64,000 bases of DNA from Auanema rhodensis. Taxonomy: Eukaryota; Animalia; Nematoda. This document shows positions 1 through 14,559 of the stretch, in pieces. Position 1 is the first letter of the stretch. Each line of letters starts with the position of its first letter. Location: positions 18,352,001 through 18,416,000 of the forward strand of contig OZ059896.1 in the NCBI GenBank assembly GCA_964057225.1, in the 5' to 3' direction. Under the pieces are notes generated by a model. It did no database searches. It was not told the origin of the DNA and worked only from the letters and a program-made list of their open reading frames with translations. Made by a program: the position numbers and the translations under genes.

Positions 1-12
1 TTCCAATTTTAG

Positions 13-455
13 TACTATAACCCTAAAGTTCAACTTGTAAAGCATGTTGATACTGTCATTACACCTTTTGCTAGAGCATATTTGAGTAAGTGATTTGTCG
101 CTGTTTTTTTGATTTCAATTTAATTTAAATTGGTTTTTTCAGAGGATGGTCGAGAAGTTCTTTTTGATTTAGAAGGATTATCTAGAACAGAAATTGAAGA
201 ACAGTTAGCTCATACGTTGGGAAAAACCGAATTAGTTCGTAAACGTGAAGAGCTAGAACAGATCGCTAAGTTGAATCCTGCTGATTTTGGCTCGAAGTGT
301 AAACGACAGGTTTGAATGATTTATTTCTATAGAAAATAATCGTATTCGTTTTGTAGTGCGTATGTGAGGTACAAGGACAACATCCCTGCACAGGTCTCCT
401 CCACGCTCCTAAGTTTATGACCGGCAAATGGCGTTGGAATCATAACCTTATTTAA
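13..455 (+). CDS. mrps-25: Mitochondrial ribosomal protein S25, 3' exons (gene starts upstream of window); exons 13-85, 143-309, 357-455
   Basis: Spliced translation YYNPKVQLVKHVDTVITPFARAYL-KDGREVLFDLEG...LNPADFGSKCKRQ-CVCEVQGQHPC...* matches the MRPS25 pattern (NPxVQ, HPANFG-like, C-x-C-EVxGQxPC); canonical GT-AG introns. Confidence 0.9.
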
Positions 456-3400
456 TAGAAAGTCTAATAGTGTACAAATGCTAGTGATGTTAGAGAATTC
501 ATTTGTTTATCTGTTGTTATCTCAATTTTTAATTTTTTTTCTGTTATGTTATTTGGCTGTTTTGTCAAATAAATGTATATGCCTCGCATTATGTTATCCT
601 CTTTCTCACAAAATCCTATCGCTTTTGACCGGCACTTTCCTTTCTTTATTTCATATCTACCACCCGGCTATCTCATCCTCTATATCCATTCTTTATACGA
701 TCATATATGGCATATTTAGATTATTGAATCAAGTTAATAACGGTTCGATATTCATTATTTTCAGTTTTTATAGTTTTCAATCAATATATAGAATAGCGAG
801 TTCCGATACTCTTCGTTTAAGAATGCCTCTATTAAATTCAAAACTTTCTCGATACTAGATGAGAAGTGTTCGACGTGATCAAAAGTATTATAAACTAAGG
901 AATCACAACGCTTACACCGAGACTTCTTCGGGAAAAAATCAATTTGAATCCGTTCTTATGCCTTATAAGAACAATATAAATTGCCGGTTTGGCAAAGAAT
1001 TTCAGAAAGTTGATTGTTATCTATATGGCGAATATTCTTATTTAGCTGTCTTCTTCGTATATAGCACTGCCTTCTTTGTTATGTCAATTATTTGACGACG
1101 CCGTAATCCCGTTTGTGGTTGTGGAAGACATTGCTTGAACCGTTTCTTCTAGAGATCCATATGAGGCTAACGTGGAAATGAAACTTTTATTTTAATTTTC
1201 GTTTAGTCACTATGTTTGTCGCTCCTTATTTCAATTGTTAGCAATTTCTTGTTCAATTTATGGAGAGCCTGTCAAGCAGTTGGGCGCTTTTCGTCCAAAC
1301 TTCCATCCGCTTTGAAAATTGGCTTCCTGCTAGTTCTGGCTACTTTTATAAAATTATTACTGAATAATATTATAATATTATTAGTGATGAAGTTTTACAG
1401 GTTGGAAAGTTGGTTTTGTTCTAATATGTTGTATCGAAAATGTAGTTGAGATGTTTCAGCATTTATCAGGACGTTTTATTCGGTTTCATCGTTTTAATCT
1501 TCTACGCCTAGTCTCTGGCCTGATTTCCTTTCTATGATTAGCAGCTAAATTCAATTGAGATTTAGTGTGCTTCTTGGCTTTGTCGTTAGCTATCTCTATT
1601 CCTAACCATCCATATTGAACAATGTTCCTTAATTGCTGTGAATTTTAACTTAAATTTCAAATTTAATTAATAATACAACCTATTCTAATCATTATTCACT
1701 CTAATCCGTTTTTATAATATTATGCGTAACCAATTTTGAAAAATGACCTTGTAGAAGAGGAGGATCGTTGTTGCTTTTTGTCTTCAAAATGATTAAGGAT
1801 CGTTGAGAAACATCTGGAATTATTTAATGACAGACTTTCCATTCTTCTTTCTCAACTTCATAGTTTCTGCTCTTCCCCTTTAACTATTTTTCTTTCTCTT
1901 TTTCATTTTTCTCATCCTCCTCTAATCTTTTTTTACGTTTATATTCATCATTCAAGTGCCCGTTTAGCATAGATTTAATATTATCCGACCTTAAAGACAA
2001 TCTTTTCATTTTTAACAAAATTGAAACCGAAGATCATATTTTAGTTCTCGTATATACTTCAATTTATGAGGAATATAATATTTTGGGATTATAATTTTGA
2101 TACTTCTCCCGATTTGCTCTGGGATGTTTTAGCTAGCCTAAGTACACAAACGAAGCTTCTTGACAAAACATACAAATCGACACCTCAGCTAAAATCTGAA
2201 ATATCTTTCTCATTCATTCTACCTGCTGGTTTCAATTCTCTCTCTCTCTATCTATTCCTCCCATTTCTCTCTTTTTAACCTCCTACTTCTCTTTTTACGT
2301 CCGCTATACCACATCAGCCAACACGGCAGCCGTTATAGATTCAAACAAAAAAGTCTCACTGTTCTCGGCGAAATGCCGCCGCTTTATTACTGTCAATTAC
2401 CCCCTACGAAACAGTTGCTATTAAATTCCTTATAAAATGATTAGAGAAGATTCATGAATTTTAACTATCTGACTTTCGTGCATTCTTCCTCATGCATCAT
2501 TGCCCTCTTCTTTTCGGCCAATTCCTTGTGTTTCGTTAGTTGTTCATGGGCCCACCTTAGGGTCGAGAGAAACAACCAGCCTCAATTCCAATTGGAATAA
2601 TACCATAAAAGACATCATCCTTCTATCTATCGCTTCTTATTTCTATGAAATGCCGCACTATCCCCACTTTCTTTCTATCTCTTCTTCAGTCCTATCCTCC
2701 TCTTCCCGTTCTACTATTTTCTTCTTCTTTAACAATCATTATATATTCTTCCTATTCTACTGATTCCTATTTAGTGATTAGAAAATATGGTCGATCACAA
2801 ATTCCAATCAAACATTCTTTTGTATTTTTGAGATTTTATGTATTAATCATTTTCTTTTCATCGTGATGTCACTCTATCCTGTAGCAATCCAACTAATAAT
2901 ATTTACGGCTGTTTCGATTTTGGTTCGTTCAGCCTTGTGCACACACCAGCATCAGCAAGCCGACACACATCGACAGCCATACACATTCCTCACTTCCACT
3001 TCTGAAAACCTGAAAGACTTTTCAAAGGCTCGGTTATTTTGATGTCCAGTGCTTGTAAGAAAATTAGAAGAAAATGGGTAGAGAGAGAAAATGAGAGATA
3101 CATATAATAAGGTAGAAGATAAGATTGACGAACTGGAACCTCGAACAATTAAGTGCTATGCTATTTATGTACTATATTGAAGCTTATTCTAGACTTGTTC
3201 TTGTTTTTCTTTATTATAACAATTACTAGAAGAATTTTTACATTTGTTCGATGTGATAAAAGTTTTTGACAATCATTCGGAGAGTAAAAAAAAGTTTTCT
3301 GGCAGTTTTTTCATTTCTAAATGAGTTCAGAGTTTAATAAATGAAGAAAGCTATTAAGAATGACTATTCAACCAGAATGTTTAACTTCCAATTATAAATT

Positions 3401-4357
3401 GTCTTTAAAATAACATACACAAGTTCCAGCTCAACTAAGGTCAAACTTCAAAAAACAGACGAAATTCTTTCGATTTTATGCTTATAATTCCCATGAGACA
3501 GAAGATGAAGAGGGAAAAGCGGGGTGCTTGGTCAAGCAAGCAAACAGATGCAATGGTCAAGCGCCTACAGTCAACTATCTCTTCAAAGTCTTGTCTACCA
3601 TGAAACCGTTCTGTTTGTCCATCAATCATCCTGTCTATTTCATAGCTAATACCTTTCTTTGAAAAAAATCTTCTTTTTTTCCTCATTTTTCTCGTCATTT
3701 TTAAAATTTTCGAGCTCAATCATTCAAATAGCTTTCAATTTTTTTTTAACGAGCACAACTGCTCGGAACAGCATTTAAAAGGTTTTCTATTTCTCTCCTC
3801 ATATACTTGAACACTCACTCCTCAATGCTTTCAATAGTTGAAAAGCGGTTGAAAAAAAATTATCAATATATTATATTTTTGTATTACTAAGCATTCTACG
3901 TTAAATTTTTAGCTGTCAAAAGAATAAGAAAAAGGTAAAATGAACTTATTGTTTCATTTCAAAAAGTTTGTCTATTAAGTGATGTATAGCTCTTATTTCA
4001 ATAGCTTATCTTATCAGTTCACAAATTTTCCATTTCACTCTACCAATTGCTTTGTGTTAGATTGTCACTGCTTTTTCGCAACAAAACAAGGAATAAAATT
4101 TTCCATTTATGATAATAATGATATCAATATCAATATTTCCTTTTCCTCTTCCAAGGACTTACATGATTTCATGATCAGAACATGAAAAAAAAATTCTTAA
4201 ATTATGAATGTTATTACACTGGTTATTCTATAGTAAATAATGTGAATGATGCTTCTAACACGCACGCAGTTATTCTTTTATTTGATTTTACTCTTTCGAA
4301 CAAAAACATCATCTTTTATAATATTATTTTTTTTCCTTTCAGGTCCTTTTACTGCAG

Positions 4358-6002
4358 ATGGTTCTCGTGGAGCAGCCCTCGCTGCTCGAACGAGCCGATC
4401 TATCCAGACCCATTCCTGAAAATGCTAGAAAACTATCTGAATTGGTCGCAGTTCAACAGCGAATATTGGATGTTGGAGTATGTTTCATGACTTATTATAA
4501 CAACAATGAATGAACTATGAAGTGCGAGTATGATAAGGATTGAATACTAATTTGCTTCAACCGCTCTTCATGAGGTCAAATAAGAAAATGTGAATTCAAA
4601 AGTGCAAATTAGCATGGATTGTAATGTGATAGAATCAATCGATAAGCTGAAAATATTCAATACCTTCTAGCATTTTATTTAACAAAAATAAAAATAATAA
4701 AAATCTTTAATTAGTTTGTGCTTTAATAATTTTTGGTTTTCTATTTCTTTTTTACCTACCACAACTTTTTGTTCTAATATCTAATACATTTTGATATATT
4801 TTCCTTAGTAATCAAATATCAAATATCAAATATCAAATAAAGTAATAATATATGTATTTATTGTGCTTTGAGAAGAGTGAAACAGTTTACATTCATAGTC
4901 CCATCCCTCATACAACAATAAATTGAGCGTTTATTAGCATTCTTGAATCATACTTAAGAAACGAAACGCTATAGTCAGAATAATAAATAAATAATAATAT
5001 AAATTGTTTAATTGAGTTAATTATTTTTAAATAATGGCATTTTTAGGATCATTCAGTGTTTATACATGAAGCATTTCCTCCTGGTAATCATTATTCAAAA
5101 GGAACTATTGTTTTTTTACATGGTCAAGCTTATACATCAACGACATGGATTGAACACGACACGTTAAGAACGATTGCAGCCCTGGGATATCATTGTGTGG
5201 CACCAGATTTACCTGGAAATGGAAGGGTACTAGACATCTGAAAAATTTACTCAAAACAAACTTCATTTCAGACACGCGGTCCAACTTTAACTCAGAAAGA
5301 TAAACCATTATTCATGCTTGATTTCATTACAGTTTTGGGCGTCAAGAAGGTAACAATCATATTAGATTTAAAATATATGCTTGAATTTTCAGGTTATGAT
5401 TGTCGCGGCATCAATGTCATCTCAATATATTTTACCATTATTATCCCATGATGTGTTCATTTGTGTAGTAGCTATAGCACTTTCGAATACACATGAGATT
5501 ATTCATCCTTCATCATGTAAAACTCCAGTCCTCGTATTATGGGGTTAGTAATAAAACGATAGAGAAGGAGTGTGAATATATACAAATGTATATAATAGGA
5601 GAAGGAGAAGGAGAATAAGGAAACGGCAAAAGCCAAACGGAGGGTTTGGGGGTGCCAAAAAATACATAAAGAACCAAAAATAAGGAACAGAAGTTTTTGG
5701 CTGAAAAGATGAAATCAACATGCACCATATGAAAAACTGGGGTGAGAGAGTTAGAGATAGAAAGAGAAAGTGAATGTGTCAGCTTAAGAAAAACAATAGA
5801 ATTTTGAATAATTTTTATATTTTTAGGAGATCGCGACACAAGTTTGGGACCCAGCTCCGCAGCGAATTTGCGCCTTCTTCCCAATTCCAGACTTGAAAAG
5901 ATACCGAATGCTGGGCATAGCTGCTATTTGAACAATCACGTCGTTTTTCAACAATTGTGCATTAATTTCTTCGATCTTATTCGTAACTATCATTCCGTCT
6001 AG
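4358..6002 (+). CDS. abhd-14: ABHD14-family alpha/beta hydrolase; exons approx. 4358-4477, 5047-5226, 5272-5349, 5393-5543, 5828-6002
   Basis: IVFLHGQAYTSTTW, APDLPGNG, nucleophile elbow VAASMS, VLVLWGDRD, and AGHSCYL His motif; GT-AG introns keep the frame. Confidence 0.85.
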
Positions 6003-6726
6003 TCTTTCAAAATTTTTTTTTATATTTCTGCCTCAGAAGAATGTTTTTTTCTAATATTTTATGTATGTATTTATCTCATATCCAATTGAAAAATATAACA
6101 AATGAACATGATAATAGAGTATTTTACTATTAATGTTTTGATTTAAATTCTACATGCAATTTGAAAATTAAGTTGAAGTTAATTCTTGGCATGCTTAAAT
6201 ATAATTTTTGTTTTACAAAAATAGAAGAAAAACATCATACGACAACATAACGGTTAATAAACAAAAAATAAATGAAAAAGACGTTCAGAAATGTAACATT
6301 TTAATTTTCTTTTAAAGACTTTTTTGCTTAAAGTTATACTTAAGCAAACGTTTGAAAAATAATTATCGCTTTCGTTAAAGGGGAAAAAAGATTTCTCATC
6401 TAAGCCATATGCATCGTCCAGCGTTGTCTATAGGGAGACATGTGCATGTATTTGGAAGGCAAGAGATCGATATGGCTTCAGCTTATGTATTCTAGTACTC
6501 CGCTTCTTCTGAGTTTTTCGATTTCTATGTAGTATGTGTGCTAGTTAATGGTACTCAACTATTCCGAATTTGTTATTCTTTCCAGAAAATTGAAGTTTCT
6601 TTTTCTTTCACTTTATTAGTTTCTTTATATTTTTGATTTAAATGAATAATATTTATAGTATTTTTTATTTTATTACCATGTATTATATGCATATATTTTA
6701 TTTTTTTGTTTAGATTTTAGTTCAAA

Positions 6727-9204
6727 ATGAACTTTTTTAAACGGAAATTCTCTTTTACTGATGATGAAGGTGACTCTGAAATTGCTACTGTTGCCTTTGA
6801 TGATCCTATTGGACCTTCTCCACCATCAGCTTTTTCTTTTCAATCTATAGCTAATAGAGTATCTAGTACCATCAGGTAATTTTGTTATATTTAGTTTGTA
6901 GACTATTCTCTGAAGTTTCATTGAAATTAAATATTTGATTCAACATTGATTTGCAATTTTTGCTCATTTCTTTTTCAGTCCTTTGGCAATTTGACTTTGA
7001 ATTTTTAATGTTGATGAAACAATATTGATACTATTGATTTTAAAATAATTGAAAAGTTAACTAGAAAAATTGTGAAAACTGTTTTCCTTTTTACTGATTA
7101 TAATTGCAATTCTATACAAGTTGTATACTTGTAGTGCTCCAACTTCTCCAGCTAGAGGAGGAGAGTCATTAGTTGCTGCACTGGAAAAAGCTCTTCAAGA
7201 TCGGTCGAGGGGGCAGCCAGTTATGGGACCAGATGCTAAAATACTTTTAGTTATTGATAATCAAATTGTGGACTGGTAATCATTCATTTTCCTTTATTTT
7301 GTCTACATTTAATTTAATTTTCAGGAGTAAATATTTTCGAAACATAAATGAGCCTCCCGTTAGAGTAGAGCAGGTACATAAGTAATGATCTTACAAACCT
7401 ATTATATTTATAAAAAATTGAATATTTTTAAAAATGAATAAAGTTAATATCTAAAATTAAAAATAAACGAATTATATTCAGGCTGATTTTTCGGAAATTG
7501 ATTTGATGTGTACTGAGCATAGTTGCGTAGTGGAAATTAACCAACCTGATCGTGATTCTAGGTATATTTATTCGTTTATAATATATTTAGTAAATTAAAT
7601 TCAGATCTTTTTGTCCTGATGCATGTTTCATTGGCTGTGGAGCAAGCAAATCTAATCGATCTAAGACAATACTAAGATCTTTAATAGCTGCCAATATTCC
7701 ATTTTTGAATAGTTTTTCGTCAATGATAGCTTTTATGGATCGAAATAATCTGGTAATTGATTTTTCTGGATATTTGATTTCTTAATCTCATTTTTTTTAG
7801 AAAAAACAATTAAGAAAAATTCATTATGTTGATGGGACTAAAATTCCATTTTTGCCTAGTGTTCATTATCCACATTTTCAGAAATTTGTTAGTTTTGTAA
7901 CTTTGATTTGAAGTTATCATTGTGTAATTTTAGCATCCTACCACAAGTTTTCCAGCTGTTGTTTCAGTAAATGAAGGATTCCAAGGTAATACATAAATAT
8001 CCACTTTCAATGATAACATAATACTCAATATTTAAAGGATGTGGGAAAATTAAAATTACCAACAAAGAAGAATTATTAGATGTTGAAGGACTTATTCAAT
8101 TAATGGGTAAAGGAGATACAGAGGTAAGTCTTACAGACTCTTTTATGTGAAAATTATTCTGAATTTTTTGGTGGAAGTTGAGCCCTTTGTTGACTTGAAA
8201 TATGATTTACATGTCCAAAAGCTTGGTGATGAATATAAAACATTCATTAGAAGGAGCATTTCTCATAACTGGAAGAGTAATATTGGCTCATCAATATTAG
8301 AGCAAATTCCTACTTCGGAGAGGTAATGTGAAATTATTTTGATGATATACTAGTCTAAAGAATAAACAAGAAAAACAAAATAAAACGTTTATACCACACA
8401 ATGTTTATTCAAAAAAATATGTTTGATGTTCTAATAAACTATAAAAACTTTCAGACATATGCAATACATTCAAGCCATATGCCAACATGTAGGTCATATG
8501 AATGTATGTTCAATCGATATTTTAATATCCAAAGAAGGATATGAATATGTACATGCCATCAATGATACTTTAGGTATTTCTCAAGATTGTACTCTATTTG
8601 TTTATTTTTCTTTCTTACAGTTTATTATGGCGAAAGTCAAGAACAGGATCGTAGAGCTGTCTGTAATATAATGAAGAAAATTTTGCAACGAAATATGAAA
8701 GGATCACATCGACTTTCAAGAGAGCAGAGTCTTGAAACTAATTCCAAACCAACTGCTAAAAAGCACCCTGTTTCTCAAAGTTCTTCTGATCTTCAGCTGG
8801 CCAGACCTCCACAGCGCATCATCGATAATCAGGACAATTCCCCACGTGTAGCAACGCAAAGTAATCAGAACTCTATGCATACTTCTCAACAATCTCAACA
8901 TCAACAGCAACATCATCAACCCCATTCTCAACCTCAAGCTCAATCTCAATCTCATCAACATCATCCGGTTCAGGCTCGACCACAACACCAAAATTCGTAT
9001 CACACGCAAATGAAGCCGAATCCAGTGACGGCGAATAATAATTCTATAAATGGAAAACAGTTAGCCAATCGACAAATCCACCCGGAAGATTTGTCAGTGT
9101 CCGCCGCCACGGCTGCTAGTGATTCATCTTATAGCTCATTAGCTGATGACACGATGAGTCAATTGAAGAGGACATTTGCTGGAATATTCGGCGACGTTAA
9201 CTAG
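6727..9204 (+). CDS. snn-1: Synapsin (multi-exon)
   Basis: N-terminal domain A MNFFKRKFSF; domain C motifs LLVIDNQIVDWSKYFR, VEQADF, EPFVDLKYDLHVQKLG, RSISHNWKSNIGSSILEQI; Q/H/P-rich linker; C-terminal domain E DDTMSQLKRTFAGIFGD. Confidence 0.93.
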
Positions 9205-9887
9205 GAACATTATCTCATTAAATTATCATAAAGCATCGTAATGTAATCAGTTATCAGATTGTGAATAATTCCAATCGACAAACTTTTGGTATTTCTCTGC
9301 TCTCTGCGTTGTCCTTTCTATTTTCCGCTCTATCTAATACCTCAATCTTTAACTCTTATTTCTCTCTGTCTTTTTCTCTATTTTTCTGCATACGAGGTCT
9401 TCCCTCCCATTTCTATCCCTTAAGTTTGTTTCCAGCCCGAAAATTCCCATCGTGTGCCTGTCCATTTGACATAAGATTGTTGTAAGAAAGGATTGAAGAA
9501 GATGGAAGAATTTAAACATTTATAATATAAACAGCTTTCAAAGTATTCTAAATGGGTCCTTTTCTGCCAAGTACATTGTCAAAATTTTATGTTTGGATGT
9601 CCATCTATTTCGTTGGTATCTGTCCACCAGTCCCTAACCCCATCTCAATCTGCCATTCTGTACTTTTCATCTCCCTAAGTCAAATATCTGTCTGTCGTAA
9701 TATTGTTAAGAGAAGATGTTTTTTTAAAAATATTTATTGGAAACAAGCCAAATAATTGTTGTAGAGATAACATATTTATTAAGCAATACTATATATGACA
9801 GTATTTTCATAACATCATTATGATAAATAAGATTTTTTCACTGAACATGTCGAATCTGTTGGTTTTGAGGCAAAAAATCAAACAAGT

Positions 9888-11634
9888 TTAGCAACGCTCT
9901 TGGATCTCTCCTAAAAGTAATGAGTTTGGTATTGGATCAATGAAATTATTGAATTATTACCTTCTTTAAGTCCGAGGCAGATTCCCCATTCCTTGATAGA
10001 GATGTTTCCATCATTATCAGCATCACATCCCTCGAGGAATGGCTTAATGCAAGATTCCATGGGGATAACTGGGGCAGTAATGGGGATAAGTTCATGGTGA
10101 GAAACAGCCTGCAAATATAGATTAACGTATAGAAATGATTTTTTTTGCATTTTCTAATTTTTGAGACTTTGGGAATTTTTAAGTCAAAAGTTAAATTCTA
10201 AACCTTATCGTGAGGCTTGATGTCCAAATCACAGAACTTCCAGATAACTGGGTAAACGTGCTTCTTCTCATCATCAGTTTCAGCTTCCTGAATAAGTTCT
10301 TCCCATTCCATCTTATGGAGCTCACGTCTCTTCTTCAACTCCTTCATAACCTACAAAAGAAAATTAATGTAGAGAGACTATTTAAAGTGCTCAACCTGGA
10401 AGAGCCAATCAGCCATACGCTCAGGGAATTGGGCCATGTGCTCTTCGGTACACTCGTTGAGCTGCTTGCACTCTCCAAGATATTCAAGATGAACCTTAAG
10501 AAATATATTTAAAAGACTACATAAAAAAGTTTAAATGATACCTTAGCATGGTGCTTGCTCTCGCAGTGCTTGGATCCCTTCTTGCAAAGGCAACGCTCAC
10601 GGTAGAGATCGCAAAGAGAACTGAAGGTCTCGTTATTGTTAGCGCAAACCTGAAAAGTTAAGTTTCAACTTTATACTAATTTTAACTATTTTGTTATAAT
10701 ATAAATCTGAAAATTACCATATCATTTGGATCACCATCAAGCTCTGGGCACTTTGAGATACATTCACAGATTGGTTCTCCTTTCTTTCCTACGACGCATT
10801 CCTTACCCCATCCACAAACGTGATCTTCGCAGGGATTCTTGATTTCAACTGCAATTTTAAAAATACTTAGAATATCAAAAGATAAAGGTCAACAAGAGAA
10901 ATTTGGCTTCTGATACGTTGTATGTCCCTCAGATATAACTTTACAACCAGTTGAAGAGAGATTTTATAGCCAATTGTTCTTCTAACGTCTGTTCCTCACA
11001 GTCTCTCACTTCACCGTGCTCACTAAGTTTTTCCAGAGATGAACCCCGACTATCACTCTCTAGTTCTCTCTCATATTACTCACTATCTTAGGATTGTTCA
11101 AGCTATTGCAAAGCTGAGTTCATATCATCGGCTGGTTCAAACGACGAAGTCCGTCAATTAGACATTCAAAATGGATAGCAAAAGTTTAAAAAGGAGACGA
11201 AATGTGTGAGTAAACGAATGAAATATGTTCGCCAGCTGTTTTCAGTAGCAAAAAAAATTGAGCAGTTGACTTTGATGCAGAATAACACTTAAATTCGATA
11301 AAATAAAACAGTTTTCAAGCACTAATACTGTAATATGTGATAACTCAATAAAACATTTTTTGAAAAAATATGTGAATTCTTAATACCTCGCTTTGAAGAA
11401 TCAGATTCGTCGGAAACATCCTGGTCCTCGTCAATGTTCTCTAAGAGTGATTCCAAATCATCCATATCATTCTTCTGAAAGACAATCATTTTATTATCTC
11501 ATAAAATAAAGAGAATAGACAAAGTGATTGTGTTTATTCTTGATAACTATAACGGATGGATAAATGATTACCTTTTTGGCGAAAGATGAGCCCAGGAGGG
11601 CCAGGAGGCACACCAAGAGCAGGACACGAGCCAT
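9888..11634 (-). CDS. ost-1: SPARC/osteonectin (multi-exon, secreted)
   Basis: Signal peptide MARVLLLVCLLALLG; acidic domain; follistatin-like NPCEDHVCGWGKECVV..CANNNETFSSLCDLYRERC; EC domain QFPERMADWLF, WKFCDLD, PMESCIKPFLEGCDADNDGNISIKEWGICLG. Confidence 0.95.
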
Positions 11635-12697
11635 TCTCGTTTGTGGCTATGACACAAACTGACAACGAAAAGATAGAGGAGCAGCTGCTTATTTCTCTTT
11701 TTCTTTCAATCTCTCTTATTTTAGTAAGCTGAATCCTTTCTTCTTTACTATTCTTGACTCCGCCCTATCTCAGTAGATGAAGAAGCAACAGATGTAATGG
11801 TTTACGAAAGAAAGGAAAAAGGAATTAAGAAGATGAAAGGGCAGAACTTTATCGAGGAATGTCCCTTTCCTCATAAACTGCTCTTTTCCTGATTTTTTTC
11901 TGTACAAGATTTCAATACAGGAAAAAAACCGAGAGAAGGAGAGAGGGATTAGGAAGGATAGGTGAATGTTCACGAAGTGTGGGAGTACGGGTTGTTTCAT
12001 TTGAAAGAGACCGATAGTTTACGAGGATGTAATTCGAATGATGAGATCAAATTTATGACTTGATTTGTGGTAAAAGTGGTTGTTGCATATAAATTAATAT
12101 TACTTCTACAAATCATTTCTTCTGTTTAACTGACATATACATAATGATTTATGAAATCGAGGTGACTTTTCATATTTGTTTTTTATTTAAGCAAATGGAG
12201 GAGGTACAATGATAGCTTATCTGTTTTTTTACTCTTTTAAAACAAATGCTATCAAGATTTCCATCAAATTCAGGAATTGATAAAACAAAATTAAATTCCC
12301 ATTTCGTAATAAACAGATTGATCAAGATTAAAGAACTATTTATATTATTTTTCTCTTAGTAATGTTGTTCTATATTATTATTACATTATGATTACATCAT
12401 ATTAATTATTTTCAATATATAAATATAATATTACAAAGCATTGTATCAACAAATAAAAATAAAATTACAAAGGTTTACCTTTAGGATGAATTAATGCATT
12501 TATTCGACAAGATCCCATAAAAGAGTTAAAAGCTTACTCTTTTGATTGTGTTGCCTTTCTTAATTTTTACTATATCTTTAGTTTAAAGATGGAACAAAAT
12601 TGCATGATAACACGTTGTGTCTGATATAACGTTGCATTTCCTGCTAATCCAGTACACTACGACATGCGAGCCTGGTTAAAGCATTTTGTGGCGTTCC

Positions 12698-12711
12698 GTA
12701 TCTATGGTAAC
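12698..12711 (+). promoter_or_regulatory. X-box (RFX/DAF-19 site) GTATCTATGGTAAC
   Basis: Fits the nematode X-box consensus RTHNYYWTRRNRAC exactly and lies ~45 bp upstream of the ATG of a ciliary transition-zone gene. Confidence 0.85.
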
Positions 12712-12754
12712 AAGACAAGGCCATTGTTAGTGCTATTCCTAGGGCACCAGCAGA

Positions 12755-14559
12755 ATGGTTTCCAAAAGCAAATACTATTTTACAGGCCCAATTGAAGAAT
12801 TGAAATTAAGGTAAGATTATCTATTTATAGTTACATAGTAAATTGTTCATAAATATCATAGACTTCGCGTTCATAAAACAAGCTTTGAAAATAATGATAA
12901 AGAAGTATTCAATTCCGAAAACTACTCTCCAGATTCTCATGTAGAAGAAACAGTTATCAAATGGATTTCAAAAGAAACTAATGAAATTAGGTATGTGTTC
13001 AACTAACTCTGGCTCTTGTTCACATTCAAACGCGTTTTAGGCAAAATAGCATCATATCATATAACTTTGAAGACGAATCTGAAGAAGTATTAAACAATGA
13101 TCATTCATCTGATCAAGGAATCCAAAAGTTTATAAAAATTTTAAGGTTTTTTAATCTTCTGTATCTATCTAATTTGATTTAAATATTTTAGAAAAATGTT
13201 TGTGACAAGCCTGAGTAACTTTGAAAATACTTCACCATCATCAAAATTGGTTGGTAAACAAACATTGATTATCAGGCTGAAATCGAATGAAACCAAGTAA
13301 CACATATATTTACATTATAAAACTAAGAATAATTATGGAATATGAGTATTAAAATGTTTCTTAATAAATAATATTATAAATTTCAATAATGGACTAATAT
13401 AGCTATTTTTAGCGATTACTTTGATGAGTCGAATATAATTTGGAAAATAACTCTGAACAAAAATTCCATTTTAACTTTCGTGCCTCCACTAACAACGAAA
13501 GGAATATCGGTTCATGGACGATTCGGAGAGTGTAGAGTAACACTACAAGTTATTGAGATTGAAAAGCCACTAGTATATAAACCATCAGTCTCATTTGATA
13601 CAGTAAGTTACTACACATCCAATATATTCTCAAGTTTTTTTATAGATAATGCTGTTGAAGGAATTGGAATGCCATGTCCCTGAATATTCAGATAAAACAT
13701 ATCTTGATATAACATATCATATAACCATTGGTATATTTTAGATAAAATAACTTGATTTAAACACTTTTATTTCAGAAAAAGCATTCGATGCTGAAAATGA
13801 TGGCATTTTTGTTGATTGGTACATGTATTCTACCAACCAAGAATTAGTTTTTATAGGTCCAAAAAAAGGGCGAACCCTGAAATGCTACAAAAATTCAGTT
13901 CGTTGCCTACGTGCTATATCTTAAAACTTTAGTAGTATTTTCCAGAATAATGTTTATCACTTTGGAGAGGCGTTTAGTGTAAAGGTTCTTATACCTCGCA
14001 CTGAAGTGGGTAACTTTCCTCGTCTCAAATTACGAATTACATCAGAAGATGATTGGGGACGTCAAAATGTGGATAGTGTAGGTAGTGTCTATCTGTTGCC
14101 GTGCAGAGAAAAGTTGATATTGTCGTGTTGCATATATAACAAAATCAGTTAAGGAATATATTAAATATACATACGTGGTCGAGGCAGCCATTGAATTCAT
14201 ATGAACAACTGAGTAAATTCTTCCTTGGAAGAATATGTAATGACACGACGAATGATGTGAATAGATAATACAGTAAGATCATCTTTAACCTAGTTTTTCT
14301 TAGATATATGCTATGTCTGGTGGTAAGGTGACTTTATCCGTGAGAACGATTATATATGACCACGTAGAGGAAAGTTCATCCTACAAATCCTCAATATACT
14401 CTTCTTTGGAAAATTACAGGTTTTAAGAAACCAGAGACACTATTTCCGTTATCTGTATTTTTTAGATTGAAGCCAAGCCTATTTTGGAGAATTATGAAAG
14501 TACTTATGGAATTTGAGGAAGCCAGGCAGCAATTATTGATAGTTAATAAAAATAAATAA
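12755..14559 (+). CDS. mks-1: MKS1-like B9-domain ciliary transition-zone protein (multi-exon; internal exon borders approximate)
   Basis: N-terminus YFTGPIEELKLRLRVH...EETVIKWISK resembles MKS1; B9-like AFDAENDGIFVDW, VYHFGEAF, PRLKLRITSEDDWGRQ; C-terminal VLMEFEEARQQL; upstream X-box. Confidence 0.75.

Noticed and set aside
478-4185. Short hydrophobic ORFs in the ORF track
   Set aside because: Low-complexity F/L/S/I-rich translations of AT-rich intergenic DNA with no motifs or consistent exon structure; no RNA gene recognised
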